Shown piece by piece: positions 12,431 to 24,359 of a stretch of DNA of 64,000 nt (positions within the stretch are counted from its first letter, which is position 1; every line of letters starts with the position of its first letter). This DNA is from Hypanus sabinus (taxonomy: Eukaryota). The translations under genes were made by a program, and so were the position numbers. The stretch spans positions 149,172,001 to 149,236,000 of the forward strand of contig NC_082709.1 of NCBI RefSeq assembly GCF_030144855.1. Reading direction: 5' to 3'. Below the pieces are notes generated by a model that did no database searches, was not told the DNA's origin, and saw only the letters and a program-made list of their open reading frames with translations.

Positions 12431-12880
12431 ATGCCCCCATCCCTCCCCACGGACCTCCCTCCGGGCACTCATCCCTGCAAATGGAAGAAGTGCTACACCT
12501 GCCCCCACACTTCTTCCCTCACCACCATCCCAGGACCCAGACAGTCTTTTCAGGTGAGGCACCACTTCACCTGCGAGTCAACTGGGGTGATATACTGTAT
12601 CCGGTGCTCCCGATGTGGCCATTTATACATTGGGGAGACCCGCCGCAGACTGGGAGACCGTTTCGCCGAACACCGGCACTCAGTCCTCCAGCAGTGGCAG
12701 GATCTCCCTGTGGCCACACACTTCAATTCCACAGACCACTCCCTCTCCGACATGTCTGTCCTTGGCCTCCTCTACCATCAAGATGAGGCCACACACAGGT
12801 CGATGGAGCAATACCTTATCTCCCACCTAGGTAGCCTCCTACCTGCCGGCATGAACATCCAACTCACAGACCTCCGTTGA
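12431..12880 (+). CDS. Penelope GIY-YIG endonuclease domain (part of a broken element ORF)
   Basis: CKWKKCYTC...FTCESTGVIYCIRCSRCGHLYIGETRRRLGDRFAEH...VATHFN. Confidence 0.9.
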   Translation: MPPSLPTDLPPGTHPCKWKKCYTCPHTSSLTTIPGPRQSFQVRHHFTCESTGVIYCIRCSRCGHLYIGETRRRLGDRFAEHRHSVLQQWQDLPVATHFNSTDHSLSDMSVLGLLYHQDEATHRSMEQYLISHLGSLLPAGMNIQLTDLR

Positions 12881-13209
12881 TACCCCTGCCCCCCCCTTAC
12901 CCCCATCCTTATCTATTATTTTAGTCTGGTTCTCCTTCTCTCTCTTTATCCCTCCTCACTGTAATCTCTCCCTCCAGCCCTACTTTTTTTCTCTTCTATT
13001 TCCAATAATTCTCCACCTTCCCCCTAGCCCATTTACCTTCAGCCTATCACTTTCCAGCTCTCTACTTTATCCCTCCCCCCACTTCTTATCCCCCCTCGAC
13101 CATCCCATGTTACTTCACTCCTGATGAAGGGTTTCGGCCCAAAACGTCGTTATTACCTTCTCCCATAGAGCTGTCTGACCTGCTGAGTTCTGCCAACATT
13201 TTATGTTTT

Positions 13210-13990
13210 TTAATTGCTTTGTGGCCAAGGTTGTGAATGATACATAGGTAGGTGGAGGAATAGGTTGTGTTGAGGAAGCAGGGAGCCTGCAGAAAGACTT
13301 TAACAGATTTGGAGAATGGGCAAAGAAGTGACAGATGGTATATAATGGAGGGGACTGTATGGCCATGCACTTTGGTGGAAGTAATAAAGGCACAGACTAC
13401 TTTCTAAACTGGGAGAAAATTGGGAAGTCAGAGATGTAAAGTGACTTGGGAGTTCTCATGCAGGATTCCCTAAAGGTTAACTTGCAGATTGAGTCAGTGG
13501 AAAGGAAAGCAAACACAATGTTAGCATTCATTTCAAGAGGCCTAGAATGTAAGATCAAGGATGTAATGCTGAGGCTTTATAAGGCATCGGTCAGACCTTA
13601 CTTGGAGTAATGAGGGGGGATCTCATTGAATATCAAATGGCCCAGGTAGACTGGATGCAGAGAGGATGTTTCCTGTTGTGGGAGAGTCTAGGGCTAGAGG
13701 GAATAGCCTCAGAATTGAGGGACATCCCTTTAGATGAGAGGGGATTTTGTTATTGAGAGGGTAGTGAGTCTCTGGAAGTCATTGCTACATATGGCTGTGG
13801 AGGCCAAGTTATTGAGTATAGTTAAATTGGAGGCTGCTAGGTTCTTGATTAGTAAGGATATCAAAGATTATGGGGAGAAGACAGGAAAACGGTGCTGAGA
13901 GGGATTGTAAATCAGGCATTATGGAAATAAATTGGCAAAGTTAATGGGCTGAATGGTCTAAATCTGCTGCTTTGTCTTATGGTTTTAAGG
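13210..13990 (+). mobile_element. Continuation of the CR1 LINE (RT C-terminus and 3' tail)
   Basis: Resumes after the TSD; KANTMLAFISRGLE-like text and CR1 tail gggctgaatggtctaaatctgct. Confidence 0.85.
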
Positions 13991-14779
13991 TATCTCTAAG
14001 TAAATATATAAATAAACACCCTCTTTGCTACTCTACATGTGCAGCCACCTTCAGTAAACTGGACTCTTTTACTTCCAGTTCCCTCTGTTCCACAACACTT
14101 TTCCATGGCCTGCCATTCACTGTATAAGTCTTACTCAGCTTTTGACTGTCCAAAGTGTGTGGCCTCATATTTACTTCATTTGAAATCTATTTGCCTTTCC
14201 TTAGCCTATTTTCCTAACTGATAAAGACCTTTTATCTACTTATTGCAGCTTCTTCAGTCTCAACAATAATGCTAATGTAGTAGAAACACAAGAGATTCTG
14301 CAGATGCTAGAAATCAAAAGTAACACCTACAAAATGCTGAAAGAACTCAGCAGGTCAGACAGCAGCTATGGAAATGAAAATGGTTGATGTTTTGGGCCGA
14401 GAGCTTTAATTAGAACTGGAAAGGAAAGGGAAAGAATTCAGAATAAGGTGGTGGAAAGAGGGAAAGGATTAAAAGCAATAATGTAGCGGTGTGCTACACG
14501 CAGCGCTAAAATTACGACACGGAGTCGGTAACTGCAGTCGAAGGAAAAACTTTATTCGAAATCTTCAGCCTCACTTTTAAGCCCCCCTCAACCTGCCCCC
14601 CCGTGGCGCAGAGGCTCCAAAGCTCTGTGCTCGCAAACCCCCGTAGGCTATCTAATTGTGAGTCGGTTCGGATGTGCCAGGAAATGGGTCGCCACATAAC
14701 CCCCCCCACAACCGGCGATACACCCCCCAATGTCCACAGTCTGGGCCAGAACCTGCTTGGGAGGTCGGCCTCTGCGCCA

Positions 14780-16209
14780 GGCGCCGGAAACTCGGCCGGT
14801 TGCGCCAGGTCCACATGGGCCGGTTTGAGGCGGTCCACCGTGAAAACCTCCTCTTTCCCCCCAACGTCCAGCACGAACGTGGACCCGTTGTTCCGGAGCA
14901 CCATAAACGGCCCCTCGTATGGCCGCTGCAGCGGTGGCCGATGCCCGCCCCTTCGTACAAACTCAAACTTACAGTTCTGTAGGTCTTTGGGTACGCAGGT
15001 CGGGTGCCGCCCGTACTGTGAAGTGGGTATGGGGGCCAGGTTACCGAGCTTCTCGCGTAGTCTGCCCAGGACTGCTGCGGGTTCTTCCTCTTGCCCCCTT
15101 GGGGCTGGTAGGAACTCCCCGGGGACGACCAGGGGCGCGCCGTATACCAACTCAGCCAACGAGGCGTGCAGGTCGTCCTTGGGCGCTGTGCGGATGCCAA
15201 GTAGGACCCAGGGAAGCTCGTCCGCCCAGCTGGCTCCTCGCAGGCGGTCCATGAGGGCCGACTTCAGGTGACGGTGGAAACGCTCCACTAGCCCGTCCGA
15301 CTGTGGGTGGTAGGCAGTTGTGTGGTGCAGCTGAGTCCCCAAAAGGCTGGCCATAGCTGACCACAGGCTGGAGGTGAACTGGGCGCCTCTGTCGGAGGTA
15401 ATGTGGGCTGGTACACCAAAGCGAGATATCCAGGTGGCGATCAGGGCTCGGGCGCAAGATTCGGAGGTGGTGTCGGTGAGCGGGACCGCCTCCGGCCATC
15501 TTGTGAACCGGTCCACGATAGTCAGGAGGTGCCGTGCTCCGCGCGACACTGGCAGGGGGCCCACAATATCCACATGAATGTGGTCGAAACGCCGGTGGGT
15601 GGGATGGAACTGCTGCGGTGGGGCTTTGGTGTGCCGCTGCACCTTGGCCGTCTGGCAGTGTATGCACGTTTTGGCCCATTCACTGACCTGTTTGCGGAGT
15701 CCGTGCCAAACGAACCTGCTGGAAACCATCCGGACAGTTGTCCGGATGGAGGGATGCGCCAAGTTATGAATGGAGTCGAAAACGCGGCGCCGCCAGGCTG
15801 CGGGGACGACCGGACGGGGCTGGCCGGTGGCGACGTCACAGAGTAGGGTCCTCTCACCCGGGCCCACGGGGAGGTCCTGGAGCTGCAAACCGGAGACTGC
15901 GGTTCTGTAACTCGGAATCTCCTCATCCGCCTGCTGCGCCTCTGCCAGTGCCTCAAAGTCTACCCCTTGGGAAAGGGCATGAACGGTAGGGCGAGAGAGC
16001 GCATCCGCCACGACATTGTCCTTACCCGAGACGTGTCGGACATCCGTCGTGTATTCAGAGATGTAGGACAGATGGCGCTGCTGGCGGGACGACCAGGGGT
16101 CGGACGCTTTCGTAAACGCAAAGGTAAGCGGTTTGTGGTCCGTGAACGCGGTGAAGGGCCGACCTTCTAGGAAGTACCTGAAATGCCGGATTGCCAGGTA
16201 GAGCGCCAA
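14780..16209 (-). CDS. Gypsy RNase H C-terminus and integrase
   Basis: HHCC (HNLAH...CIHC); VDIVG, TSDRG, GLVER (DD35E); GPY/F-like YEGPF. Confidence 0.9.
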
Positions 16210-17291
16210 CAGTTCCCGGTCGAAAGCACTGTATTTGAGCTCGGGTGGTCGCAGGTGTTTGCTGAAAACGCCAGGGGTTGCCAGCGACCTGCGATGAGTT
16301 GCTCCAGCACCCCACCGACTGCCGTGTTTGATGCGTCCACTGTGAGGGCGGTAGGGGCGTCCATTCTGGGATGTACTAGCATTGCGGCATTCTTCAGGCC
16401 GAACGGCATGCGGAGGAACTCGAAAAGGCCAAACGGGGTGATGAGAGCCGTTTTGGGGACGTCGTCAGGATGCATCGGGATTTGATGGTACCCTCGGACG
16501 AGGTCCATCTTGGAGAAGCTCCGTGCGCCGTGCAGGTTTGCTGCAAAGTCCTGAATGTGCGGCACAGGGTAGCGGTCCGGTGTGGTAGCCTCGTTCAGCC
16601 TGCGGTAGTCGCCGCACGGTCTCCAGACCCCCGTCGCTTTGGGCACCATGTGCAGGGGGGAGGCCCATGGGCTGTCGGACCGCCGGATGATCCCCAATTC
16701 CTCCATCCTCTGGAACTCCTCCTTCGCAAGTCGGAGCTTGTCCGGGGGAAGCCGCCGAGCGCGGGCGTGGAGGGGTGGTCCCTGGGTAGGGATGTGGTGC
16801 TGTACGCCGTGCCTGGGCATGGCCGCTGTGAACTGCGGTGCCAGAACCGATGGGAAATCCGCCAGGACCCTGGTGAAGTCGTTGTCAGACAGCGTGATGG
16901 AGCCGAGGTGAGGGGCTGGCAACTGGGCTGCACCCAGGGAGAACGTCTGAAAGGTCTCGGCGTGGACCAGTCTCTTCCTGGGCAGGTCGACCAGTAGGCT
17001 GTGAGCCCGCAAAAAATCCGCACCCAGAAGCGGTTGGGCTACGGCGGCCAGTGTGAAGTCCCACGTGAACTGGCTGGAGGCGAACTGTAGCTGCACCTGA
17101 CGGGTGCCATAGGTCCTTACTGTGCTGCCATTCACGGCCCTCAGGGGGGGACCCGGTGCCCTGCTGCGGGTGTCGTAACTCGTCGGAGGTAAAACGCTGA
17201 TCTCAGCCCCAGTATCGACCAAAAACCGGCGTCCCGACCTTCTGTCCCACACATACCGGAGGCTATCCCGATGGCCAGCCGCCGTAGCCAT
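16167..17291 (-). CDS. Gypsy Pol N-terminal part: protease, truncated RT, start of RNase H
   Basis: [13 protein letters not shown]; [10 protein letters not shown]...PCGDYRRLN...MPFGLKNAA fused directly to [26 protein letters not shown]; no YxDD; 1-nt frameshift near 16265. Confidence 0.9.
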   Translation of the reverse strand: MATAAGHRDSLRYVWDRRSGRRFLVDTGAEISVLPPTSYDTRSRAPGPPLRAVNGSTVRTYGTRQVQLQFASSQFTWDFTLAAVAQPLLGADFLRAHSLLVDLPRKRLVHAETFQTFSLGAAQLPAPHLGSITLSDNDFTRVLADFPSVLAPQFTAAMPRHGVQHHIPTQGPPLHARARRLPPDKLRLAKEEFQRMEELGIIRRSDSPWASPLHMVPKATGVWRPCGDYRRLNEATTPDRYPVPHIQDFAANLHGARSFSKMDLVRGYHQIPMHPDDVPKTALITPFGLFEFLRMPFGLKNAAMLVHPRMDAPTALTVDASNTAVGGVLEQLIAGRWQPLAFSANTCDHPSSNTVLSTGNCWRSTWQSGISGTS

Positions 17292-17977
17292 CAGCAGCGG
17301 CTGGCCCTGGCGTTTCCCGGGAACTTGCAGGGCGGGCGACAACGGCGGGCTTCTGCGCCCCACCGCTGGTGGTAGAAGCACCAGTGTTCATTGGGCCGGG
17401 GGTTGGCGGGCTCTGCGGCCGGGCCTGGACTGGTTTGCTGCCGGGAGCGTGGCTGGGTGATCTGTGCGATGGACGCCCCGCTCACCTTTTTGGCGTTCCA
17501 CAGCAAGTCCACCCGGGCTGCCACCTTCCGGGGGTCACTGAAATCCGCGTCGGACAGCAGCAGGTGTATGTCCTCGGGCAGCTGCTCCAGGAATGCCTGC
17601 TCAAACATGAGGCCTGTGTGTCCGTCGGCCAGAGACAACATCTCATTCATTAAAGCCGATGGAGGTCTGTCTCCCAAGCCATCCAGGTGCAGTAAACGGG
17701 CAGCCCGCTCGCGCCGTGAGAGTCCGAAAGTCCTGAGGAGCAGGGCTTTGAATTCCGTGTACTTGCCGTCCGCCGGGGGCGACTGTACGAACTCCGCGAC
17801 CTGGGCCGCTGTGTCCTTGTCGAGGGAGCTCACCACGTAGTAGTAGCGGGTGTCTTCTGAGGTGATCTGGCGAACGTGGAATTGGGCTTCGGCTTGCTGG
17901 AACCATAGGTTCGGTCGCTGTGTCCAGAAACCCGGCAGTTTCAACGAAACCGCATGAACAGAGGCGGCGTCGGTCAT
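17291..17977 (-). CDS. Gypsy Gag
   Basis: Open frame from ATG 17977: [18 protein letters not shown]...WFQQAEAQF...[18 protein letters not shown]. Confidence 0.9.
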   Translation of the reverse strand: MTDAASVHAVSLKLPGFWTQRPNLWFQQAEAQFHVRQITSEDTRYYYVVSSLDKDTAAQVAEFVQSPPADGKYTEFKALLLRTFGLSRRERAARLLHLDGLGDRPPSALMNEMLSLADGHTGLMFEQAFLEQLPEDIHLLLSDADFSDPRKVAARVDLLWNAKKVSGASIAQITQPRSRQQTSPGPAAEPANPRPNEHWCFYHQRWGAEARRCRPPCKFPGNARASRC

Positions 17978-18097
17978 TTCTGGTCCAAAAATCGTTTGGA
18001 CTGTCGGGGTGACCAATTGTAGCGGTGTGCTACAAGCAGCGCTAAAATTACGACGCGGAGTCGGTAACTGCAGTCGAAGGAAAAACTTTATTCGAAA

Positions 18098-18519
18098 CGA
18101 CACACACGAGCCCTCCACCGGCTGTTGCTATTAAATGCTGTCACAGGATTTCTAGCGTTTCTCCTGGTGCGTCTAAAGGGGTGTTCCCCAGACCCTCTTT
18201 TATCCTTACTCACGGGGTCTCAGATGTCAATCAGGTTGGGATGATGCAATCCCTCCACCAGCTCAGTCTGGTCATCTCCTGAGGGCTTCAATGAATAGGA
18301 CAGTACTCAATACACAATTCCGTCTCCAAGAGACAATGGCCGTTGTCAGTGGCTTTGTCTTGCGGAGGCCAGGACACGTTCCAAACCCTGTGTATTCTGG
18401 ATGTCTCTCTCTCATTTCCTGGGTCCCAGACCCAAATTAATAGTGATCTTGCGATTCTCAAAAAGGAGGGGGCTACTTTGTACCCTTCGGCCCCTCAGAG
18501 TTGTGGCACATTCGTAACA
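18098..18519 (-). mobile_element. Partial LTR of the same family as 11293-12059
   Basis: Shared blocks cagaccctctttta, ctcagatgtcaatcaggttgggatgatgcaatccct and cggcccctcagag; ends ttcgtaaca. Confidence 0.85.
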
Positions 18520-18825
18520 AGGGGGAGTTTAGGAGAAAGGGGCACAGCCTCGGGATAGAGGGTGTCCAATTAAAACAGAGATGCGGAGAAATTTCTTAAG
18601 CCAGAGGGTGGTGAATTTGTGGAATTTGTTACCAGTGGCAGCTGTGGAGGCCAGATCAATGGGTATATTTAAGGCAGAGATTGATAGGTGCTTGAATGGA
18701 TTTTACATCAAAGGTTATGGGGAGTGGGGCTGAGGAAGGGAAGAAAGGATCAGCATGGTGAATGGCAGAGCTGACTTGATGGGTCAAATGGCCTAATCCT
18801 GCTCCTATGTCTTATGGTCTTATGA
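18520..18825 (+). mobile_element. CR1 3' end
   Basis: gggcacagcctc...atttcttaagccagagggtggtg...tcctgctcctatgtcttatggtctt tail. Confidence 0.8.
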
Positions 18826-18829
18826 GGGG

Positions 18830-19665
18830 CACCAGGGGGAGATGATTGACAAGTGAGGAGAAAGGAAGTGGTAAAAGGGGAGGCAGAGTGGTGAATAAAA
18901 GAAGAGGCAAGTTGGTGGGGAATAAATTAAGTTATAAAAATTAATGTTTATGCCTTCAAGATGGAGCTAACCAGATGGAATATGATCTGCTGCTCATCCA
19001 ACCTGAGACTGGCCTTATTGTGGCAGTAGAGGAGCTGTTGGCCGACATATTGGAATGGGAATGGGGACTGGAATTAAAATGATTAGTTGCGGAGAAGTCT
19101 TGCTTGTTATGGATGGAGTGACAGTGCTCAAGAAAGTGGATCAATGTTGGGTCTCAGTGTAGAGGAGGCCATATTGGGAGTAATGGATACAGTTGACCAT
19201 TTCAGCAGATTCACAGCTGAAGTGCTGCCTCACCTAGGGAGACCACTTGTGGCCCTGAATGGAGAGAGGGAGGAGGTGAATGGGGAGGTATAGCACTTCT
19301 TTTGCTTGCAGGGAATAGTGCCAGACGGGAGGTTAGTGGAGAGGAATAAATGGTCAAAGGAATCACAGGGGGAGCAATCCCTGCAGAAGATAAAGTTCAG
19401 TGGGAGGTAAAGTTGTGTGTTGGTAGTAGGATCCCATTGAAAATGGTGGAAGTTGTGGAGAATGATGAGTTGGATGCAGAGGCTCATGGGGTGTTAGGTA
19501 AAGGCAAGAGGAACTCTATCTTTGTTAAAGCAGCAGAAGGTGGGGCGAGGGCAAATGTCCTGGAAGTAGAGGAGATGTTTGTGAGGTCAGCATTAATGGT
19601 GGAGGAACGGAAACCACATTCTTTGAAGAAGGAGGACATCTCTGATGTTCTGGAAAGCAGGGACT
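18830..19665 (-). mobile_element. Penelope-like 3' fragment (degenerate GIY-YIG)
   Basis: Minus-strand ATNHFNSSPHSHS and PCKQKKCYTSPFTSS; similar to 12060-13100. Confidence 0.8.
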
Positions 19666-20620
19666 GCCCAGAGTCCATGTAGACAACATCCACGGTCATA
19701 TCTTCCCCTTTCTCTTTGGTTACCTCTTCAAAAAACTTCATAGTTCCTCAGATATGACTACCAACTCCCAAAACTGCTCAAATTATGCTGACCACTCCTG
19801 GTCAGGTCTTGACTATCCAAGTTATGGTAGATCTTGTCCCTCAGATTTTCCTCCAGTAATTTCCCCATGACTTAATCAGGCTCACCAGCCTTTATTGCCC
19901 TGAGCTGGCCTTTAATGCCCTGTGCTGTCCTTGCCATTATTTTTGAACCCTCTCCCCACGCTCTACTCTTCTGGAGATTTGCCAATGGTTTACAAAGCAA
20001 ATATCTCCACAAAGGCCTTCATGATTTCTTCCCTGGCCTTCTGTAAGGTTTGTGAGTGCAATTACTCAGGGTCTGAGGATTTCTCCACATTAATGCTCTT
20101 CAAGGCTGCAAATACCGCCTTCCTTAAAATATGCAAATAACCCAAATACTATTTAGTACCTTAATTTCTTTGGCATCAATAATATCCTCCTTAGTAAACA
20201 CTAAGGGGAAACTAATTTTAAAGTCTTCGGCCATCTCCTATGGCTCCACACATAGGTGGCCATAATGGTCTTTAATAAGACAGAGTCTCACACTAGTCAC
20301 CCTTTCACTGTTAATTTAAGTAAAAGACTTATTCAGATTATCTTTAACCCTGCCTGCCAAATCCAACTCATACCCTCTTTTTGTCTTAATAATTCCTTGC
20401 TTAAATCTGGATCTTACACCTTTATATTCATCAAGGGATATATTCATGCCCAGCTGCCTAAAAGTGATGTCTACTTCATTATTCTTCCTTGACAGAGTCT
20501 CAATATCTTTTGTCAGCCAGGGTTTCTTGAAATTGGTATGTGCACCTCTCACCCTAACAGGAACAAGCTGCCCCTACGAGCTTTTCAAAATACCTCCCAA
20601 TGACCACCTGTTCCTCAGCC
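19666..20620 (-). mobile_element. Old CR1 ORF2 fragments
   Basis: KFFEEVTK...VDVVYMD at 19670-19740; KPWLTKDIE...KTKRGYELDLAGRVKDN at 20316-20552. Confidence 0.65.
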
Positions 20621-20799
20621 TTTAAGGAAAATCACCCTGTTAGCCACAGACAGAATGGTTTCCCAATCTACTCTACAGCATTTATCGAGGAAACGACCAT
20701 ATCTCTGCCACCTGAGACTTTTGTGCCGCCTTGAAGACAAAAATAGCCTTGTCATAATATAGACGGGGGGGGGGCGGGGGGGGCATAGCTCTGATGGAC

Positions 20800-21470
20800 C
20801 CAGACGGCTTCCGCTATCTGACATTTAACTTTACTGTTTGTAGAATTCTACGGAATCTACAAACAATCCCGAATCATCATTTTGACCCAAAGTCAGGTAC
20901 CTCGGACAGCACACAATTCCGCCCATGGTAACCGAAGGAGCAGTCGGACATGATGTGTTCGAGTTTTGTTGCCTCTCTGTGCAATTGACTAGATTTGACT
21001 ATACTGGGTGGGAGCTCCCAACTGATATGCGGTTCAATTAGTAGTCTAAATTGCTTTTCCTATTTTTGTTTTCCAGTTTTGATTTTTTTTCTGTATTTCG
21101 TTTTCTGCTAACAACGACGTTTTGTTAACCTGGTTGATTCAGTTCTGATTGCCCATACACCGGTCCTCCAGACCTACGAGGGCAGCACCGACTTGCACCG
21201 TAGATGGGCGGAACCTCTCATTTCAAAGCGAACAAAAAAACCCAGGCGATAATCTTGCTCCCGCTCCCTGTTTCTGATTGGTGTCTTTAACTGCAGATGG
21301 GCGTCGCTAGTTGGTCTGTTGGGCTGTCAATCACCTATGAATGTTACGAGTTTGGAATAGTTTGCGATCTTTTTGTGAGAAAGCTCTTGGATTGAGAAAC
21401 TTCGGTGCAGGCAGGCGGGCGGCTCTCGGTGTTCATTCTGTCAGCCGACTATATCCCGGGCAGGTGAACA
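20800..21470 (+). promoter_or_regulatory. CpG-rich promoter and probable non-coding first exon of TRIM45
   Basis: CpG density is high relative to the flanks. GC box gggcgg, inverted CCAAT (attgg 21277-21281), TGATTGACAG on the minus strand at 21324-21333. Candidate donor gcag|gtgaac near 21464; acceptor tttttatag ends 21996. Confidence 0.55.
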
Positions 21471-22017
21471 ATACACAGCGAGAAAACCCAGTCGGAAAAG
21501 TCACGGGAAGTTACCGGGTTTGAGGGATGTGGTGGAGTGAATGTTGGGAAGGTACTGCAGACAAGGGAATGTGAATTAGTGTTGGGAAGAACGGCGGGTA
21601 CATTTTGATGGAGTAGGTTATACCACAACAGATCTCTGTCTACTATTTTAACATTTAACAATAGTGATTTATAGATGTTGTACTTCCTCGGCTACATTTG
21701 ATTTTTATAATTGCCTACAGCAGAATCTACAAGAAAAAGTGAATTAGCTTTTTTTCTGGACGGAGTAAATTCTAGAACTCTAATTTTCATCATTGGGTAT
21801 TGTAGAGGCAAGCAGATGGTTCGTAAAAAGCCGAAACACTTTCGTGAATCTAGGACAATTAATAACACGGATTCTGGTCTGAAGTAGGCCAAGTGAAGAA
21901 GTAGGATCTAGACGAATAGTTGCAGTGATTATTATAGTTTAACGTAGCCTTTTTGGAGTGCTCAGATTTTAGGAACTTGAATTTTGATTTTTATAGATTT
22001 GAGACAACTCCTTGAAA

Positions 22018-22457
22018 ATGTCGGTGAGACAGAAAGAATTGGAGAGCAAGGCTGTTGCACTGTCCTTGAGTTCAGAGTCTCCAAGGAGTTGCAGGACGAA
22101 GTGTTTGGTTTGTAGAAGCTTTTACTCGAATCCCAAGCTCCTGCCTTGCCTCCACACCTTCTGCTTGGACTGCTTAAGCGGCCTGGAGCAGTTCTCTGTT
22201 CCGCAGACAGGGAGAGAGGGCGGGCCAGGATCTATGGTCTGCATCCTGTGCCCAGCCTGCGATTTCGAGGTGTATGTGCCCACGGCTGGAATTCAAGGGC
22301 TGACCACTAACCACCTGATCCAAAACGAGGTTCTGCTAGAGCGTTTGAAGAGACTCGACCACAAGTTAGTCTGTGACCTTTGTAATGATGGCGATGCTGA
22401 AAGAAGGTGTCAAGTTTGCTCGGCAATCCTGTGTGATTTTTGCTCTAAAGCTCACAG
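22018..22457 (+). CDS. TRIM45: TRIM45 coding exon 1 (RING, B-box 1)
   Basis: CLVCRSFYSNPKLLPCLHTFCLDC...ILCPACD...LVCDLCNDGDAERRCQVCSAILCDFCSKAH; donor ag|gtaagc, phase 2. Confidence 0.95.
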
Positions 22458-23480
22458 GTAAGCCTGTTTGAATTGGTGTTGGCATTTTGTTCACTCACCT
22501 AGCATTCAGCTTCCAATACTTTTGTGTATGGGCAGAATGGACTACAAACTTAGAGGAAAGGTATTGGAATGGATGTCTCTTCATTATAAAATTTAATGTT
22601 TGGGTACCATCCAGTTAAATGATAGGAAGCTACCTATTTGGTAAATTGGTTTGTTATTGGCACATGTGCTGAGGTACAGTGAAAAACCTATTTTGCCTGA
22701 GGTTGTCAGAGGAAACAATAAAAGAAATACAGAATGTAATGTTATGGTTAACAGCAGACAGGACAATAAGATCATAACAAAGTGGGTTGTGAGGTAAGAA
22801 AGATAAGAATCCATCTTATGGTACTTGGGGACCATTCACTAGTCTTACTAACAGCGGATGGAAGCTGTCCTTGAGCCTGCTGGTGCTGCTTTCAGGCTTT
22901 TGTATCTTCTGACTTGGGAGGGGGAGAAGAGAGTATGAGCAGTGTAGTGGTGGGTGGGGGGAGGTCTTTGATTATGTTGACTGCTTTACTGAGGCAGTGA
23001 GAAGTGCAGACAAATCCCTGGACAGGAAGGTGGTTTCTGTGATTTGCTGAGTTGTGTCTGTACAGTTTCTAGCAGTCTAAAGGAGAGCAGCTGTCATGTT
23101 AAACCGTGACGCATGCTGATAGGATGCTTTCTAAAGTGCATCTCTAAAAATTAGAGAGGGTCAAAGTGGTTATGTCAGATTATTTAGCCTGAGGAGGAAA
23201 TAGAGGCACTTGTGTGTTTTCTTGGCCCTGCTGTCCACATGTTTAGACCAGTAGTTTATCAGTGAAATCAGTGCCCAGGTCTTTTGTTGTCATTGAGGGG
23301 AAGGTTGTTATGACTCTATGTAATAGGCTGTTTATCTCCTTCCTGTACTCTGGCTCATTGTTATTTGAGATTTTTCAATTATTTCAATCTGCTGAAGCAT
23401 TGTAATTTTAAAATTAAATCAATCTAATTAAAATGTATTTAGTCGGTCAAGGAGTGTTTTAAAACTAATCCGTTCTGCAG

Positions 23481-24217
23481 GAGGCAGAGAGCGACTGCTA
23501 GTCATAACATGGTGGCACTGAAGGACCTACAAGGTGGAACTGAGCGAATCGTACAATCCATCATGTGCTCTGCTCATCCGTCAGAGGAACTGAGGTTGTT
23601 TTGTGAGACGTGCGATTGTCTGGTCTGCAGAGACTGTTGTATTGTGGGCCATCAAGACCACAACTGTGATTTTATCGCCAATGTCATTAACCAACATGGC
23701 AAGTCAATCAAACAGCTTCTGAAACAAACACAGCCACGTATTGGTGCTCTACAGGAGAACGTACAAAAAATTCAGACCTCTAGACTGATTCTGAAAGAGC
23801 AGCTGAGCAAGATAACAGAAGAAATTAATAGTTTTACAGAGAACTACATCAAGGCACTGGAGAAACATCGGAACAGGCTTTTGAAAGAGCTGGAAGAATT
23901 GAAAATGCAGAAAGAGAACTCGTTCAATCTCCATCAGATTCAGTTGGAACAAATCCTGGCAGATGTCAAGACTGGGGTGGACTTTACAGAGAGCTTGTTG
24001 ACAAATGGCTCTCCTGGGGAAATCTTGTTAACCAAGTGTGTAGTAGTCAACAGGTTGAAGCAACTGAAGAAGATTAGTTACAGCACTCTGCCCAGAGAGG
24101 ATGACTGGATTCAGTTCCATGCACAAGAGAGAGCTGGCCAGTGTGATGGATTTGAGGTGTTTGGGATCATTACCACAAAAACCATTGATCCCACCAAGTG
24201 CTTCCTTCAGGGTGAAG
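23481..24217 (+). CDS. TRIM45: TRIM45 coding exon 2 (B-box 2, coiled coil)
   Basis: Acceptor ttctgcag; RRQRATASHNMVALKDL...CSAHPSEELRLFCETCDCLVCRDC...DPTKCFLQGE; donor g|gtaaga. Confidence 0.95.
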
Positions 24218-24359
24218 GTAAGAGACAAGGACAGAGTGTTTAACAGCTTTGAAATCTGTCAGCTGTTTGTTTTTTGATGATGATGATTGGATGATAGTGG
24301 ATTGATCATATCAGGAGAGATTATACAGACTACATTGTATAATGTTGAGTTAAGAGGAA

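Larger units (their letters stand above)
10719..13209 (+). mobile_element. Penelope-like element (RT fragment, GIY-YIG, pLTR) with inverted 5' pLTR, inserted in CR1
   Basis: RT motifs GVAMGTRMGPSYACLFVG and LHYFDDCIG; GIY-YIG ORF 12431-12880; 16-bp target duplication ttaattgctttgtggc at 10703-10718 and 13210-13225; left end is the reverse complement of the right-end tail. Confidence 0.9.
14482..18097 (-). mobile_element. Gypsy LTR retrotransposon, CsRn1-like clade; near-intact but RT-deleted and 5' LTR truncated
   Basis: 3' LTR 14482-14696 (tgtagcgg...gccaca); 5' LTR remnant 18018-18097 differs at 2 of 80 nt. PBS TGGTCACCCCGAC (tRNA-Trp-like) next to the 5' LTR; G-rich PPT next to the 3' LTR. 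Order is gag-PR-RT-RH-INT; Gag carries [18 protein letters not shown] (CHCC). Confidence 0.93.

Noticed and set aside
14603-17906. Many long overlapping and antisense ORFs in the ORF track
   Set aside because: By-products of the GC-rich Gypsy sequence (few stop codons); no recognisable domains
20764-20783. G-run (and similar G or C runs near 24970, 50500 and 54115) as G-quadruplex elements
   Set aside because: Simple homopolymer tracts within or beside repeats; no further structure
20901-20951. Minus-strand ATG exon MSDCSFGYHGRNCVLSE|gtacct, head-to-head with the TRIM45 promoter
   Set aside because: Only 17 codons, a weak donor and no identifiable downstream exon; the EGF-like or TTF2-like look is probably chance
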